DNA of 64,000 nt, taken from positions 42,775 to 106,774 of the forward strand of contig CAMCXX010000002.1 of NCBI GenBank assembly GCA_945883755.1, written 5' to 3'. How positions within the stretch are numbered: the stretch's first letter is position 1; each line of letters starts with the position of its first letter. Made by a program: the position numbers and the translations under genes. Below are positions 1-10,250 of the stretch, one piece after another. The stretch comes from Bifidobacterium breve (GTDB lineage: Bacteria; Actinomycetota; Actinomycetes; Nanopelagicales; Nanopelagicaceae). The notes beneath the pieces were generated by a model. That model made no database searches and had not been told where the DNA came from. It saw only the letters and a list, made by a program, of their open reading frames with translations.

Positions 1-642
1 ATTTATGGTACACCTGGTGAATCTCTAGCTGATTGGCAATTAAGTATTGATGCTGCCTTAGCTCTTCCAATAAATCACATCAGTGCGTACGCCTTGATTG
101 TTGAAGAAGGCACCAAGCTGGCTAATGGGATTAAACGTGGTGAAATTGGAAATATCGATGATGATTTAACCGCTGAAAAGTATTTAATGGCTGATCGGGC
201 TTTTTCAAAGGCTGGATTTATTTGGTATGAGTTAAGTAATTGGAGTAAGGCAGGTGGAGAGAGCAGACATAACTCTGCTTACTGGTTAAATCACAATTGG
301 TGGGGAGTGGGCCCAGGCGCGCACTCACATATAGATGGAAAACGTTGGTGGAATGTTAAGCATCCAAATCTGTACAAAACAAAAATTTTAAATAATGAAT
401 CTCCAGTATTAGATCAAGAGATATTAGAGCCAATTCAAGTTGAGAGTGAGCGGTTAATGCTTTCAATTAGATTACCAAGTGGTGTGCCTAAAGATTCACT
501 TTCAACTGAGCAACTGAAGATCTTGCAGCCATATGTAGATAGTGGTGCATTAGATCTTAAGAATTGGGGCGCAGGAAGTGTGAGTTTGAGTTTAAGTGGG
601 CGCTTAATTGCAGATCGAATCGTGCGTGAAATACTTCTGTAG
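1..642 (+). CDS. hemW: Radical SAM heme chaperone HemW / HemN family, 5'-truncated by window edge
   Basis: Frame is open from base 1 (IYGTPGESLADW...HISAYALIVEEGT); motifs YELSNW, HNSAYW, GVGPGAHS; typical position upstream of hrcA. Confidence 0.9.
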   Translation: MYGTPGESLADWQLSIDAALALPINHISAYALIVEEGTKLANGIKRGEIGNIDDDLTAEKYLMADRAFSKAGFIWYELSNWSKAGGESRHNSAYWLNHNWWGVGPGAHSHIDGKRWWNVKHPNLYKTKILNNESPVLDQEILEPIQVESERLMLSIRLPSGVPKDSLSTEQLKILQPYVDSGALDLKNWGAGSVSLSLSGRLIADRIVREILL

Positions 643-654
643 TACCGTGGGCTT

Positions 655-993
655 ATGAGTTACAACATTATCTCTGGCGCCTTGGCCATGATCTTCCTAA
701 TTGCTGGCCTAAGCAAAATTTCTGGCAGCAATGCGGGCTTATCAGGGACTCGAGATTTAGGCATCAAGGATTTTGTCGCAAAATTAATTGGAGTCGTGGA
801 GGCTGTAGCGGCGATTGGTTTAATTTGGGGATTAAGGTATCCAGCAGATGCAATTGGTTGGTATGCCGCAGGAATATTATGGATCACGATGGGAGTTGCA
901 ATCTATGCCCACTTCAGAGCGGAGAAACTTAAAACTGCATTCCCAGCCTTTCTTCTATTCTTTTTAACAACTGTATTGATGGTAATCAAGTAA
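655..993 (+). CDS. DoxX-like small membrane protein
   Basis: About four hydrophobic segments; FLIAGLSK, IGVVE and AIYAH patterns typical of DoxX-like proteins. Confidence 0.7.
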   Translation: MSYNIISGALAMIFLIAGLSKISGSNAGLSGTRDLGIKDFVAKLIGVVEAVAAIGLIWGLRYPADAIGWYAAGILWITMGVAIYAHFRAEKLKTAFPAFLLFFLTTVLMVIK

Positions 994-995
994 GT

Positions 996-1997
996 ATGCA
1001 ACATAGGCAATTAGCAATTTTACGTGCGATTGTTGAGGATTACGTCGCGACTGAAGAGCCGGTAGGTTCTAAAACTTTAGCCGCTAAACATGGCTTGGGT
1101 GTATCGCCAGCAACTATTCGTAATGAGATGGCGGTCCTTGAAGAGGCTGGCTTAATCTCACAACCTCACACAAGTGCAGGTCGAATTCCCACCAATAAGG
1201 GTTATCGAGTATTTGTTGATAAGTTGGCAACAGTTAAACCATTATCTGGTGCAGAACGTAAAGCAATTGAAACCTTTTTAGATGGCGCAACCGATCTAGA
1301 TGATGTTATTTCCAGAACTGTCAGGTTATTGGCCCAAGTAACTAAGCAGGTAGCGGTAGTTCAGTACCCCGCCATGACTCGAGCCAAGGTTAGACACATC
1401 GAATTGGTATTACTTTCGCCAACTAGAGTGATGATGGTCTTAATTACTGATGCCGGTCGAGTAGAGCAGCGAATGATTGAATTACCATTTGATATTAGCG
1501 AAGCTGCACTATCTGACCTACATAAAAAACTTAACTCATTGATAGCAAATCAAGTTTTATCAAATGTGGCTAGCAAGATTGAGGGCTTAACCGCTAACTC
1601 CCGAGGCAATGCCCGTGCTAATGATGTAACAATTATGGCGACTTTAATTGAGATGGCGGTTGAACATCCAGAGGAGAGGGTGGTTTTAGCTGGTACCTCT
1701 AATTTAGCTAGGGCTAATCAGGATTTAAATAAGAGTATGCACCCAATTCTTGAAGCGCTAGAGGAGCAGGTTGTATTGCTGCGACTGTTATCTGATGCCG
1801 ATACATCGGTAAAGGTTTTAATCGGTGAGGAACAAAATGAGAAATCCTTGCGTTCAACTAGTTTGGTGAGTGTCGGGTATGGAGATCTAGGTGCGATGGG
1901 AATTATTGGACCAACTCGAATGGATTACACCGCCTCAATGAGTGCGGTAAATGCAGTTGCTAATTATGTTGGCAGATTTTTAGTGGAGAACAAGTAA
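996..1997 (+). CDS. hrcA: Heat-inducible transcription repressor HrcA
   Basis: [20 protein letters not shown] and GPTRMDY motifs. Confidence 0.97.
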   Translation: MQHRQLAILRAIVEDYVATEEPVGSKTLAAKHGLGVSPATIRNEMAVLEEAGLISQPHTSAGRIPTNKGYRVFVDKLATVKPLSGAERKAIETFLDGATDLDDVISRTVRLLAQVTKQVAVVQYPAMTRAKVRHIELVLLSPTRVMMVLITDAGRVEQRMIELPFDISEAALSDLHKKLNSLIANQVLSNVASKIEGLTANSRGNARANDVTIMATLIEMAVEHPEERVVLAGTSNLARANQDLNKSMHPILEALEEQVVLLRLLSDADTSVKVLIGEEQNEKSLRSTSLVSVGYGDLGAMGIIGPTRMDYTASMSAVNAVANYVGRFLVENK

Positions 1998-3103
1998 TGG
2001 CTGATCTTTATCAATTACTGGGTGTTGATCGTGATGCTAGCTTTGATGAGATAAAAAAGGCGTACCGTCACTTGGCTCGTACATTACATCCAGATGTAAA
2101 TCCAGATCCGGCAATGGCGGATAAATTTAAAGAGATCACTGCAGCTTATGAGGTACTTAGTGATCCTGATAAGAGACAAAATTACGATATTGGTGGCAGC
2201 GGTTTTGGTGGGGGATTTGGCAATGCCAACTTTGGTTTTGGCGACATTATGGATGCATTTTTTGGCGGTGGCGGGCAACGTGGACCAAGGCCAAGAACTC
2301 GTGCTGGCCAAGATGCATTAATCAGAGTTGAGGTTGATTTAATGGAGGCAACCTTTGGCTGTGACCGTGATTTAAATATTGAAACCGCTATTGCTTGCTC
2401 AAAATGTAGTGGCACAGGATGTGCAAATAACAGCAAACCAAGTACCTGTGGGATCTGTAAGGGCCGTGGTGAAACACAACAGGTTGCTCGTTCAATTCTC
2501 GGTCAGGTTATGACATCTCGCCCATGTAATAACTGTGGTGGTTTTGGCTCTGTTATTACCGATCCGTGCAGTGAGTGTGCTGGTGATGGTCGAGTTAGAT
2601 CACGAAAGAGCATTCCAGTAAAGATTCCGGCAGGAGTTGAAACTGGAAATCGAATTCAATTATCTGGTCAAGGAGAGGTAGGTCCAGGTGGTGGCCCTTC
2701 CGGTGATCTATATGTTGAAATTGTCGAGCTACCTCATGAGTTTTTAGTACGAGAGCAGAGCAACTTACATATCTCAATTGCTATTCCATTTACATCTGCT
2801 GCAACTGGAACCAAGGTAAAAATTCCTACCTTAGATGGTGAACAAACTCTTGAAATTAAAGAGGGAACAAATAGCGGTGAGACGGTGATCTTAAAAGGTT
2901 TAGGTGTTACAAAGCTTCGCGGATCTGGGCGCGGTGATTTGATCGCTCATATTGAGGTTCAAACACCAAATAAGTTAAACAAAGAGCAATCTGAGTTGTT
3001 AAAGCGGTTTGCCCAGTTACGTGGAGATGCACCGGACAAGGTAATTGTTCACACTCATAAAGATGAGGGCTTCTTTGGGCGCGTGCGAAATGCATTTCGC
3101 TGA
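1997..3103 (+). CDS. dnaJ: Chaperone DnaJ (hrcA-linked DnaJ2 type)
   Basis: J-domain HPD, G/F-rich region, four CxxCxGxG repeats. Confidence 0.97.
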   Translation: MADLYQLLGVDRDASFDEIKKAYRHLARTLHPDVNPDPAMADKFKEITAAYEVLSDPDKRQNYDIGGSGFGGGFGNANFGFGDIMDAFFGGGGQRGPRPRTRAGQDALIRVEVDLMEATFGCDRDLNIETAIACSKCSGTGCANNSKPSTCGICKGRGETQQVARSILGQVMTSRPCNNCGGFGSVITDPCSECAGDGRVRSRKSIPVKIPAGVETGNRIQLSGQGEVGPGGGPSGDLYVEIVELPHEFLVREQSNLHISIAIPFTSAATGTKVKIPTLDGEQTLEIKEGTNSGETVILKGLGVTKLRGSGRGDLIAHIEVQTPNKLNKEQSELLKRFAQLRGDAPDKVIVHTHKDEGFFGRVRNAFR

Positions 3104-3819
3104 TGCTCTCACTCTTTTTTGTTGATCAACTTAGTACGGGAAGTACGCAGGAGTTAGAAGGAGATGAAGGACATCACGCAGTTAAGGTGATGCGTCTACA
3201 AATCGGTGAAGCGATCAAAATTGCTGATAAATCAGGTAATTGGGTTAGTGGCGCAATTACTGAAGTAGGTAAAAAAAGTTTAAAGATAGATATTTCCCAG
3301 CGTGGTAGTACTCAACACTTAAAGCCAGAGCTAATTGTTGTGCAAGCAGTTACTAAATCTGATCGCATCAAAGAGATGCTCGAGTTACTAACTGTTGCCG
3401 GAGCAGATCGGATAATTCCTTGGCAAGCAGAGCGCTGCATCAGCAAGTGGCAGAGTGATTCGGCAAGTAAATGGTCAATAGCGATTAAAGAGTCGGCAAA
3501 ACAAGCTCGGCGCGTGAAATTGCCAGTTTTAAATGAAGTGATAACAACAAATCAGCTACTTAATTTATTTGAAGCAGATGATCAGATAATCACTTTGCAT
3601 GAAGGTGCTAAATCAAATATCTCGCAGTTGAGGTTTTCCGCTGATACAAAGCGAATTTTCCTAGTGATCGGTCCTGAGGGTGGAATTTCTGATAATGAGA
3701 TTGATCAATTAATTGCAGCGAAAGCGGTTACAGTTCGAATGGGTGAGAATGTACTGCGATCGGCTCATGCTGGTTTTGCAGCCCTTTCAATTGTTCAAAC
3801 TTTGATTGGCCGGTGGTAG
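3103..3819 (+). CDS. rsmE: 16S rRNA m3U1498 methyltransferase
   Basis: HAVKVMRL, IGPEGG, LRSAHAG; synteny after dnaJ. Confidence 0.93.
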   Translation: MLSLFFVDQLSTGSTQELEGDEGHHAVKVMRLQIGEAIKIADKSGNWVSGAITEVGKKSLKIDISQRGSTQHLKPELIVVQAVTKSDRIKEMLELLTVAGADRIIPWQAERCISKWQSDSASKWSIAIKESAKQARRVKLPVLNEVITTNQLLNLFEADDQIITLHEGAKSNISQLRFSADTKRIFLVIGPEGGISDNEIDQLIAAKAVTVRMGENVLRSAHAGFAALSIVQTLIGRW

Positions 3820-3821
3820 AT

Positions 3822-4166
3822 ATGAGTGAACCAAGTTGCTTGTTTTGCAAAATAGTTGCTGGCGAAATTCCCGCATCTATTGTGGCAAAAACAGATCGTG
3901 TTACCGCCTTTCATGACATTACTCCACAAGCTCCAACCCACCTATTGATAATTCCAAATCAGCACTTTGCCACAATGGCTGAGGTAGCAGCGGCAGATCC
4001 AAAGTTGGTTGGTGAGATAGTTGCCCTGGCCGATCAGATTGCCAAAGAGATTGGGTTAGATAGTTATCGAAGTAATATCAATACCGGCGCCGGAGCGGGG
4101 CAATCAGTGTTTCACGCTCATTTACATCTATTGGGTGGGCGCGCTTTCGCTTGGCCACCTGGATAA
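3822..4166 (+). CDS. HIT family nucleotide-binding protein
   Basis: CLFCKI and HAHLHLLGG histidine triad; ATG at 3822 preferred over GTG at 3813. Confidence 0.92.
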   Translation: MSEPSCLFCKIVAGEIPASIVAKTDRVTAFHDITPQAPTHLLIIPNQHFATMAEVAAADPKLVGEIVALADQIAKEIGLDSYRSNINTGAGAGQSVFHAHLHLLGGRAFAWPPG

Positions 4167-4183
4167 ATATACAATTCACCACA

Positions 4184-5176
4184 ATGGACCCCAGAGTTAT
4201 TAAATTACCAGCTGCCTTTTCCATGGTGGCACTAGTAGGCCCAAATGATTCTTACTTTCGAATTTTAGAGAACCGTTTTCCAGATCTTGCCATCACCATT
4301 AGAGGCAATGAGATTTATGTCAAAGGTGAAAGCGATCAGGTTAAGCAATTTTCTGATCTGGTAGAAGAGTTAATTGCGATCTTGCGCGGTGGCCAAAATC
4401 TAAATGAGGATATGGTCATGCGATCTGTTTCAATGGTTAAGCAGGATCCGACGCAGCATCCAGCAGAGGTTTTAACCTTAAATATTTTAAGCAATCGCGG
4501 TAAAACAATTAGACCTAAAACTGTAAATCAGAAAAAGTATGTTGATGCCATTGATTTAAATACAATTACCTTTGGAATTGGCCCTGCTGGCTCTGGAAAA
4601 ACTTACTTGGCAATGGCAAAAGCGATTCAAGCACTGCAATCAAAACAGGTTAATCGAATAATTTTAACTAGGCCGGCAGTTGAAGCGGGAGAACATCTGG
4701 GCTTCTTGCCTGGATCATTAAATGAGAAAATTGATCCATATCTGCGTCCATTATTTGATGCCCTGCATGACATGATTGATCAAGATGCAATTCCAAGATT
4801 AATGAGCACCGGAGTAATTGAGGTAGCTCCACTTGCATACATGCGAGGCCGAACTTTGAATGATGCATTTATAATTTTAGATGAAGCTCAAAATACAACA
4901 CCAGAGCAGATGAAGATGTTTTTAACTAGATTGGGCTTTGGTTCAAAGATGATTATTACTGGGGATACTACGCAGGTAGATCTACCAAATCATGCAAAAT
5001 CTGGCTTAAAGGTGGTTCAAGATATTTTGATAGATATCCCAGATATCTCCTTTATTCACCTAACTGCAGAGGATGTAGTACGAAATAGATTAGTGGGTGA
5101 CATCGTCACCGCATACGGAGCATGGGATGAGAATTTAGCAAAAACCACCTTTCCAATTCGCAGTGAGAAGCGGTGA
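4184..5176 (+). CDS. phoH: PhoH family ATPase
   Basis: GPAGSGKT, LTRPAVEAGE, GFLPG, RGRTL, DEAQN; start assumed at ATG 4184. Confidence 0.95.
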   Translation: MDPRVIKLPAAFSMVALVGPNDSYFRILENRFPDLAITIRGNEIYVKGESDQVKQFSDLVEELIAILRGGQNLNEDMVMRSVSMVKQDPTQHPAEVLTLNILSNRGKTIRPKTVNQKKYVDAIDLNTITFGIGPAGSGKTYLAMAKAIQALQSKQVNRIILTRPAVEAGEHLGFLPGSLNEKIDPYLRPLFDALHDMIDQDAIPRLMSTGVIEVAPLAYMRGRTLNDAFIILDEAQNTTPEQMKMFLTRLGFGSKMIITGDTTQVDLPNHAKSGLKVVQDILIDIPDISFIHLTAEDVVRNRLVGDIVTAYGAWDENLAKTTFPIRSEKR

Positions 5177-5182
5177 TCGGTA

Positions 5183-5620
5183 ATAAAAATTGAATTAGAA
5201 AATATTTCTGATTACAAATGTGATGAATCGGGCTTAATTTCGGTGGCAGATTATGCGCTTTCGAATATGCAGGTTCATCCCGATTGTGAACTGAACATTC
5301 GCTTGGTATCTGAACCAGAGATTACCGAATTACATATTAAATGGATGGATCAACCAGGCCCAACCGATGTGCTTTCATTTCCGATGGATGAGATAAAACC
5401 AAACTCAAAATCCAACGGTCCAGGAATAGTTGGCGATATTGTCTTATGTCCGGCCTTTGCAGAACGCAATGAGAAGCAGAATTTAACTAAGGAGCTCGAG
5501 CTATTGACTGTACATGGCGTGCTTCATCTACTTGGTTTTGATCACGTCGAAGTAAAAGAGGAAGAATCAATGTTCAAGTTACAAGATGAGCTACTAGAAA
5601 AATGGAGAGCAACTCGATGA
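5183..5620 (+). CDS. ybeY: rRNA maturation endonuclease YbeY (start codon uncertain)
   Basis: PTDVLSFP and HGVLHLLGFDH motifs; YbeY-like N-terminus (IKIELEN) extends upstream of the first canonical start, GTG 5243. Confidence 0.92.
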   Translation: MKIELENISDYKCDESGLISVADYALSNMQVHPDCELNIRLVSEPEITELHIKWMDQPGPTDVLSFPMDEIKPNSKSNGPGIVGDIVLCPAFAERNEKQNLTKELELLTVHGVLHLLGFDHVEVKEEESMFKLQDELLEKWRATR

Positions 5621-6912
5621 CGATCACAAATCTATTTCTGATTATCAGCCTGCTGTTATTTGCTGGTTTCTTGGCTGGTAGCGAATCTGCATTAACCTCA
5701 TTATCCAGGCGATTGATTGAAGAGATTGTTGAGAGCAAACCTAGGTATGCCAAACCTTTTCAGAGGTTAATTGATAACCCATCTAGATATCTAAATGTTC
5801 TGCTCTTAGTAAGAAAAGGCTGTGAGTTGACAGCTACCGTCTTGGTTGCAGATTATGCGATTACTGGTGATGATAGTAATTTCCTGGTGTTGGCCTCTGT
5901 CGTCGTAATTATGTTGGCGATTTCATATGTTGTAGTAGGTGTTGGTCCGCGAACCTTAGGTAAGCAACATGCGGTTAAGTGGGCCAGACCTGCGGTCATA
6001 ACAGCTGATTTACTTGCAAAATTACTCGGACCATTAACCAATCTTTTAATAGCAATTGGAAATGCCTTAACGCCCGGACGCGGCTTTAAATCCGGTCCAT
6101 TTGCCAGCGAGGCGGAGTTTAGAGATTTAGTTGATCAAGCAAGTGAGAGTGGATTTGTTGAAGAGTCTGAGCGAGAGATGATTCACTCAGTATTTGATCT
6201 TGGTGAAACATTGGTGCGCGAGTTAATGGTGCCTCGTACTGAAATGGTATGGATTGAATCTGGTAAAACATTGCGTCAAGGGCTATCACTAGCGCTGCGA
6301 TCTGGATTTACCAGAATTCCAGTAATTTCTGAGAGCTTAGATAATGTAATTGGTATTGCATATGTTAAAGATTTAGCTAAGCGTGTTCATGAACACCACG
6401 AGGCAGAGCAAAATGAGAATGTTGAAGAGCACTTGCGTAAAGCGACCTTTGTGCCAGAGACAAAGACTGCAGCTGATCTATTAAAAGAGATGCAATCAGA
6501 TCAGATTCATATGGCAATTGTTGTTGATGAGTACGGTGGAACTGCGGGCTTAATTACAATTGAGGATATTTTAGAGGAGATCGTTGGCGAGATTGCCGAT
6601 GAGTATGATGATGATGAGACTGAAGAGATTGAATGGCTCTCTGAGGATCGTGCCCGAATCTCTACACGATTACATGTTGAGGATTTTACACAACAATTTA
6701 AATCTGAGTTTTCACCTGATGAGGTTTCAGATGTAGATACGATTGGTGGCTTAATCGCTAAACAACTTGGCCGCGTGCCAATTCCCGGAAGCACCATCAC
6801 CGTTCCAGGCTGGAAATTAACCGCTGAAAGACCTGCTGGCAGAAGACATCGAATCATTACAGTTCTAGCGGAGCGAGTAACAGAGGCAAGTGAAGTGATT
6901 GATCACTTATAG
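5617..6912 (+). CDS. Hemolysin-family / CNNM-CBS-CorC protein
   Basis: N-terminal TM helices, MVPRTEM, CBS pair, VVDEYGGTAGLITIEDILEEIVGEI, DTIGG; ATGA overlap with the ybeY stop. Confidence 0.93.
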   Translation: MTITNLFLIISLLLFAGFLAGSESALTSLSRRLIEEIVESKPRYAKPFQRLIDNPSRYLNVLLLVRKGCELTATVLVADYAITGDDSNFLVLASVVVIMLAISYVVVGVGPRTLGKQHAVKWARPAVITADLLAKLLGPLTNLLIAIGNALTPGRGFKSGPFASEAEFRDLVDQASESGFVEESEREMIHSVFDLGETLVRELMVPRTEMVWIESGKTLRQGLSLALRSGFTRIPVISESLDNVIGIAYVKDLAKRVHEHHEAEQNENVEEHLRKATFVPETKTAADLLKEMQSDQIHMAIVVDEYGGTAGLITIEDILEEIVGEIADEYDDDETEEIEWLSEDRARISTRLHVEDFTQQFKSEFSPDEVSDVDTIGGLIAKQLGRVPIPGSTITVPGWKLTAERPAGRRHRIITVLAERVTEASEVIDHL

Positions 6913-6921
6913 AATTACTGC

Positions 6922-7710
6922 ATGCGCATAGTTAGATTCTCTGCTCCTGCCGATCTTGGTGTTGGAAGTGATCCATTATTTGGCTTACTAAATGAGTCAG
7001 ATTCGATTTTAATTTTAAAGGGTGATCCAATCTATGCCGGGATTACGCCAATTGATAAGACGGTTAATTTGGCAAATGTTCGCCTATTAGCTCCGGTGAT
7101 TCCGCGCAGCAAGATTGTTTGTATTGGTAAAAATTACGCCGACCATGCAGCGGAGATGAATTCTGTGGTACCGGACGAGCCAATAATTTTTATTAAACCA
7201 AATACTGCAGTAATTGGTCCAAATGAGATTATTCAATGGCCAAGAATGAGTGAGCGGGTAGATTTTGAGGCAGAGCTAGCAATTGTGATTGGCAGAATTT
7301 GTAAAGAGGTGCCAGCAGCTAAAGCTAATGATGTGATCTTTGGCTACACCCTAGCTAATGATGTAACCGCACGAGATCTACAGAAAAAGGATGGTCAATG
7401 GAGTCGTGCCAAAGGCTTTGACACCTTTTGTCCATTGGGGCCGTGGATTGAAACGGAGTTTGTCCCAGCAAATCAAAAAATAACTGCAACCTTAAATGGC
7501 GAGATCAAGCAATCTGCTACCTTAGATTTGATGATCTTTAAGATTCCGCAGATTATTGAGTTTGTTACAAATGTCATGACCTTATTGCCTGGTGATGTAA
7601 TTCTTACTGGAACCCCTGCCGGAATTGCGCCTATGCCAGCAGGATCAACAATTACTGTGGCGATCGATGGTCTTGGTGCTTTAACCAATAAGGTTTCTAC
7701 TCGTGGCTGA
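6922..7710 (+). CDS. Fumarylacetoacetate hydrolase family protein
   Basis: KIVCIGKNYADH, DFEAEL, NDVTARD, KGFDTFCPLGP, GDVILTGTP. Confidence 0.93.
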   Translation: MRIVRFSAPADLGVGSDPLFGLLNESDSILILKGDPIYAGITPIDKTVNLANVRLLAPVIPRSKIVCIGKNYADHAAEMNSVVPDEPIIFIKPNTAVIGPNEIIQWPRMSERVDFEAELAIVIGRICKEVPAAKANDVIFGYTLANDVTARDLQKKDGQWSRAKGFDTFCPLGPWIETEFVPANQKITATLNGEIKQSATLDLMIFKIPQIIEFVTNVMTLLPGDVILTGTPAGIAPMPAGSTITVAIDGLGALTNKVSTRG

Positions 7711-9166
7711 TAAATCCCAAGTTAGAGTTAGATTTGCACCATCTCCAACTGGAGATTTACATGTTGGAAATATCCGAACCGCTTTATTTGATTGGGCGTA
7801 CGCCCGTCATACAAATGGAAAGTTAATCTTTAGAATTGAAGATACTGATCGAGAGCGTGTAACAGATGAGTACATTCAGGCGGCAATTGATACGCTGAAA
7901 TGGCTAGGTTTAAATTGGGATGAGGGTCCTGAGGTCGGTGGCGAGTACGGACCTTATTTACAATCTCAACGATTAGATATTTACGCCGAGTGGGCGCAAA
8001 AGTTTTTAGATAATGGTGATGCCTACCATTGTTACTGCAGTGGCGAGGAGCTAGAAGAGCGCCGGCAGTTACAGATGAAGAACAATCAAGCACCTGGCTA
8101 CGATGGTAAGTGTCGCGATCTTTCAAATACTCAAATTGATGAGTTTAAAGCTGCTGGTCGCAAAGCTGTAATTCGCATGAGAATGCCACAAGGGGAGACG
8201 GTATTTACAGATGCAATACGTGGTGAGGTTAAGTTTGAACACCTGTATGTTCCAGATTTTGTTTTAGCACGAGCTGATGGATCACCTTTGTATACATTGG
8301 CGGTTGCAGTTGATGATGTTTTAATGAAGATTACCCATGTGTTGCGTGGTGAGGATTTACTCTCATCGACGCCAAGACAGATTCGGGTATACCAAGCGAT
8401 GGGTGTACCAGAGAGTGAGTATCCAATTTTTGCTCACCTACCATTTGTGATGGGTCAAGATAATGCCAAGTTATCAAAGCGAAATGGCGAGGTCTCAATT
8501 GCCTGGTATCGCGAACATGGCTTTTTGCCAGAGGCGATCTGTAATTACTTAGCACTGCTGGGCTGGTCACCCGGCGATGATAAAGAAAATATCACAATGA
8601 AAGAGTTAGTTGAGTTGTTTACAGTAGAGCGAGTAAATAGCAGTCCAGCAAGATTTGATATGAAAAAGCTAGAGGCAATTAATGGCGACAAGATTAGAGC
8701 GCTAACTCAATCTGAATTTTTACAGTGGGCACTGCCATTTTTAACCCAGGCAAAGGTAATTTCTGGCACAACCGAGGAGATTGATTTAGTGAAGGCGGCA
8801 CTACCAATTATTCAAGAGCGAATTGTCACACTTAGCGAAATTCCGGCGATGCTTAACTTCTTATTTGTAAAACAATTTGCCGTCGATGCGCAGGAGCAGC
8901 CAAAGTTGCTCGAGGTTGGTGCTCAAGAGGTGCTTAAAGTAGCTCTGGCCCGGTGCAGCGAGCTAACGAATTGGGATCATCTCAGCATTGAAGAGGTATT
9001 GCGTAAGGCTTTAATTGTGGAGTTAGGGCTCAAGCCCCGGATTGCATTTAGCGCATTGCGTATTGCAGTAACTGGATCTCATATCTCACCACCATTGTTT
9101 GAGTCGATGCAATTACTCGGCAAGGAGCGCTCTCTAGCCAGAATTTCAAGCGCAATAACTTCCTAA
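7703..9166 (+). CDS. gltX: Glutamate--tRNA ligase
   Basis: RFAPSPTGDLHVGN (HIGH-like) and KLSKR; followed by tRNA-Gln and tRNA-Glu. Confidence 0.97.
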   Translation: MADKSQVRVRFAPSPTGDLHVGNIRTALFDWAYARHTNGKLIFRIEDTDRERVTDEYIQAAIDTLKWLGLNWDEGPEVGGEYGPYLQSQRLDIYAEWAQKFLDNGDAYHCYCSGEELEERRQLQMKNNQAPGYDGKCRDLSNTQIDEFKAAGRKAVIRMRMPQGETVFTDAIRGEVKFEHLYVPDFVLARADGSPLYTLAVAVDDVLMKITHVLRGEDLLSSTPRQIRVYQAMGVPESEYPIFAHLPFVMGQDNAKLSKRNGEVSIAWYREHGFLPEAICNYLALLGWSPGDDKENITMKELVELFTVERVNSSPARFDMKKLEAINGDKIRALTQSEFLQWALPFLTQAKVISGTTEEIDLVKAALPIIQERIVTLSEIPAMLNFLFVKQFAVDAQEQPKLLEVGAQEVLKVALARCSELTNWDHLSIEEVLRKALIVELGLKPRIAFSALRIAVTGSHISPPLFESMQLLGKERSLARISSAITS

Positions 9167-9239
9167 AGTTTTCACGCCTATAATTTCCAGTTAAATAGAT
9201 GGTCGGGTATTCTTACCCCCTCATAAGCTTTAAAATTTT

Positions 9240-9311
9240 TGGGGTATGGGGTAATTGGCAGCCCAGCTGATTCTGGTTCAGCTTGTCTAGGTTCGAGTCC
9301 TGGTACCCCAG
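9240..9311 (+). tRNA. tRNA-Gln(CTG), CCA not encoded
   Basis: TGGGGTA...TACCCCA acceptor stem, GCTGA-TTCTGGT-TCAGC anticodon arm, GTTCGAGTCC T-loop. Confidence 0.95.
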
Positions 9312-9336
9312 CGATTAGTAAAAACTTAATATGCAC

Positions 9337-9412
9337 GGCTCCGTCGTCTAGTGGCCTAGGACTCTGGCTTCTCAAGCCAGCTACGAGGGTTCGAATCCCT
9401 TCGGAGCTACCA
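9337..9412 (+). tRNA. tRNA-Glu(CTC), CCA encoded
   Basis: GGCTCCG...CGGAGCT acceptor stem, CTGGC-TTCTCAA-GCCAG anticodon arm, GTTCGAATCC, terminal CCA. Confidence 0.95.
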
Positions 9413-9446
9413 AAGTTATCCCGTGCTGTACTTTAATTTTATTAAA

Positions 9447-10163
9447 TTACTTTACAGCAAGTGCCTTTGATAATTTACTTGCCGTTGCAACAACAGCGGC
9501 CGCATGCATTCGACCAGGTTGGCGACTTAAACGTTCAATTGGACCGCTAATGCTCACTGCAGCAATTACCTTATTGTTTGGACCTCGAACTGGGGCAGAG
9601 ACTGATGCAACTCCCGCCTCCCGCTCACCAACTGATTGTGCCCAGCCACGTCGACGAACCGCTGCTAAATTTACTGCGTTAAATTTTGCGCCAACTAAAC
9701 CACGATGCAATTTATCGGGCTCCTCCCAAGCCATCAGGATTTGTGCACCTGAACCAGCCTGCATAGTTAGAGTGGTGCCAACTGGTACTGAATCTCGCAA
9801 TCCACTTAAACGTTCTGCAGTTGCAACACAAATTCGAGAGTCACCCTGACGACGATATAGCTGTGCACTTTCGCCCGTGGCATCCCTAAGTGAGATCAAG
9901 GCGGGAGCAGCCAAAATCAGTAATCGATCCTCACCAGCAGCTGTTGCTAACTCAGATGAGCGAGCACCTAAAATAAAACGGCCGGAAAAATCACGGCTAA
10001 CTAATCTATGAAACTCAAGTGCTACCGCCAATCGGTGGGCGGTAGGCCGAGCGATACCAGTTGCGGAGACTAACTCACTAAGTGATCTTGGTCCCGCCTC
10101 TAGCGCAGCCAAGATTGATAGCGCTTTATCTAATACGCCAACACCGCTACTCTTTCTGTCCAC
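9447..10163 (-). CDS. ndgR: IclR family regulator, NdgR/LtbR type, divergent from leuCD
   Basis: SSGVGVLDKA...ARPTAHRLAVALE HTH and the IclR C-terminal SVSAPV/SISGP motifs; GTG at 10163 preferred as start. Confidence 0.88.
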   Translation of the reverse strand: MDRKSSGVGVLDKALSILAALEAGPRSLSELVSATGIARPTAHRLAVALEFHRLVSRDFSGRFILGARSSELATAAGEDRLLILAAPALISLRDATGESAQLYRRQGDSRICVATAERLSGLRDSVPVGTTLTMQAGSGAQILMAWEEPDKLHRGLVGAKFNAVNLAAVRRRGWAQSVGEREAGVASVSAPVRGPNNKVIAAVSISGPIERLSRQPGRMHAAAVVATASKLSKALAVK

Positions 10164-10178
10164 ACTCTGATAATGCCA

Positions 10179-10193
10179 TCTCATTAAATGAGA
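10179..10193. promoter_or_regulatory. 15-bp palindrome TCTCAT-TAA-ATGAGA, probable NdgR operator
   Basis: Perfect 6-3-6 inverted repeat in the ndgR-leuC divergent spacer. Confidence 0.6.
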
Positions 10194-10250
10194 AGCAAAT
10201 TTTAAGAGTGTATTAAATGTAATTGATTTAGAAGGGAGTAAATTAGGTAA

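Noticed and set aside
640-1000. CIRCE operator upstream of hrcA
   Set aside because: No TTAGCACTC-N9-GAGTGCTAA seen; hrcA starts 2 nt after the DoxX stop
9178-9436. 65-aa ORFs at 9178-9375 (-) and 9239-9436 (+)
   Set aside because: They overlap tRNA-Gln and tRNA-Glu, so they are spurious
9413-9446. Integrative element at the tRNA pair
   Set aside because: No integrase and no duplicated tRNA 3' end; ndgR follows directly
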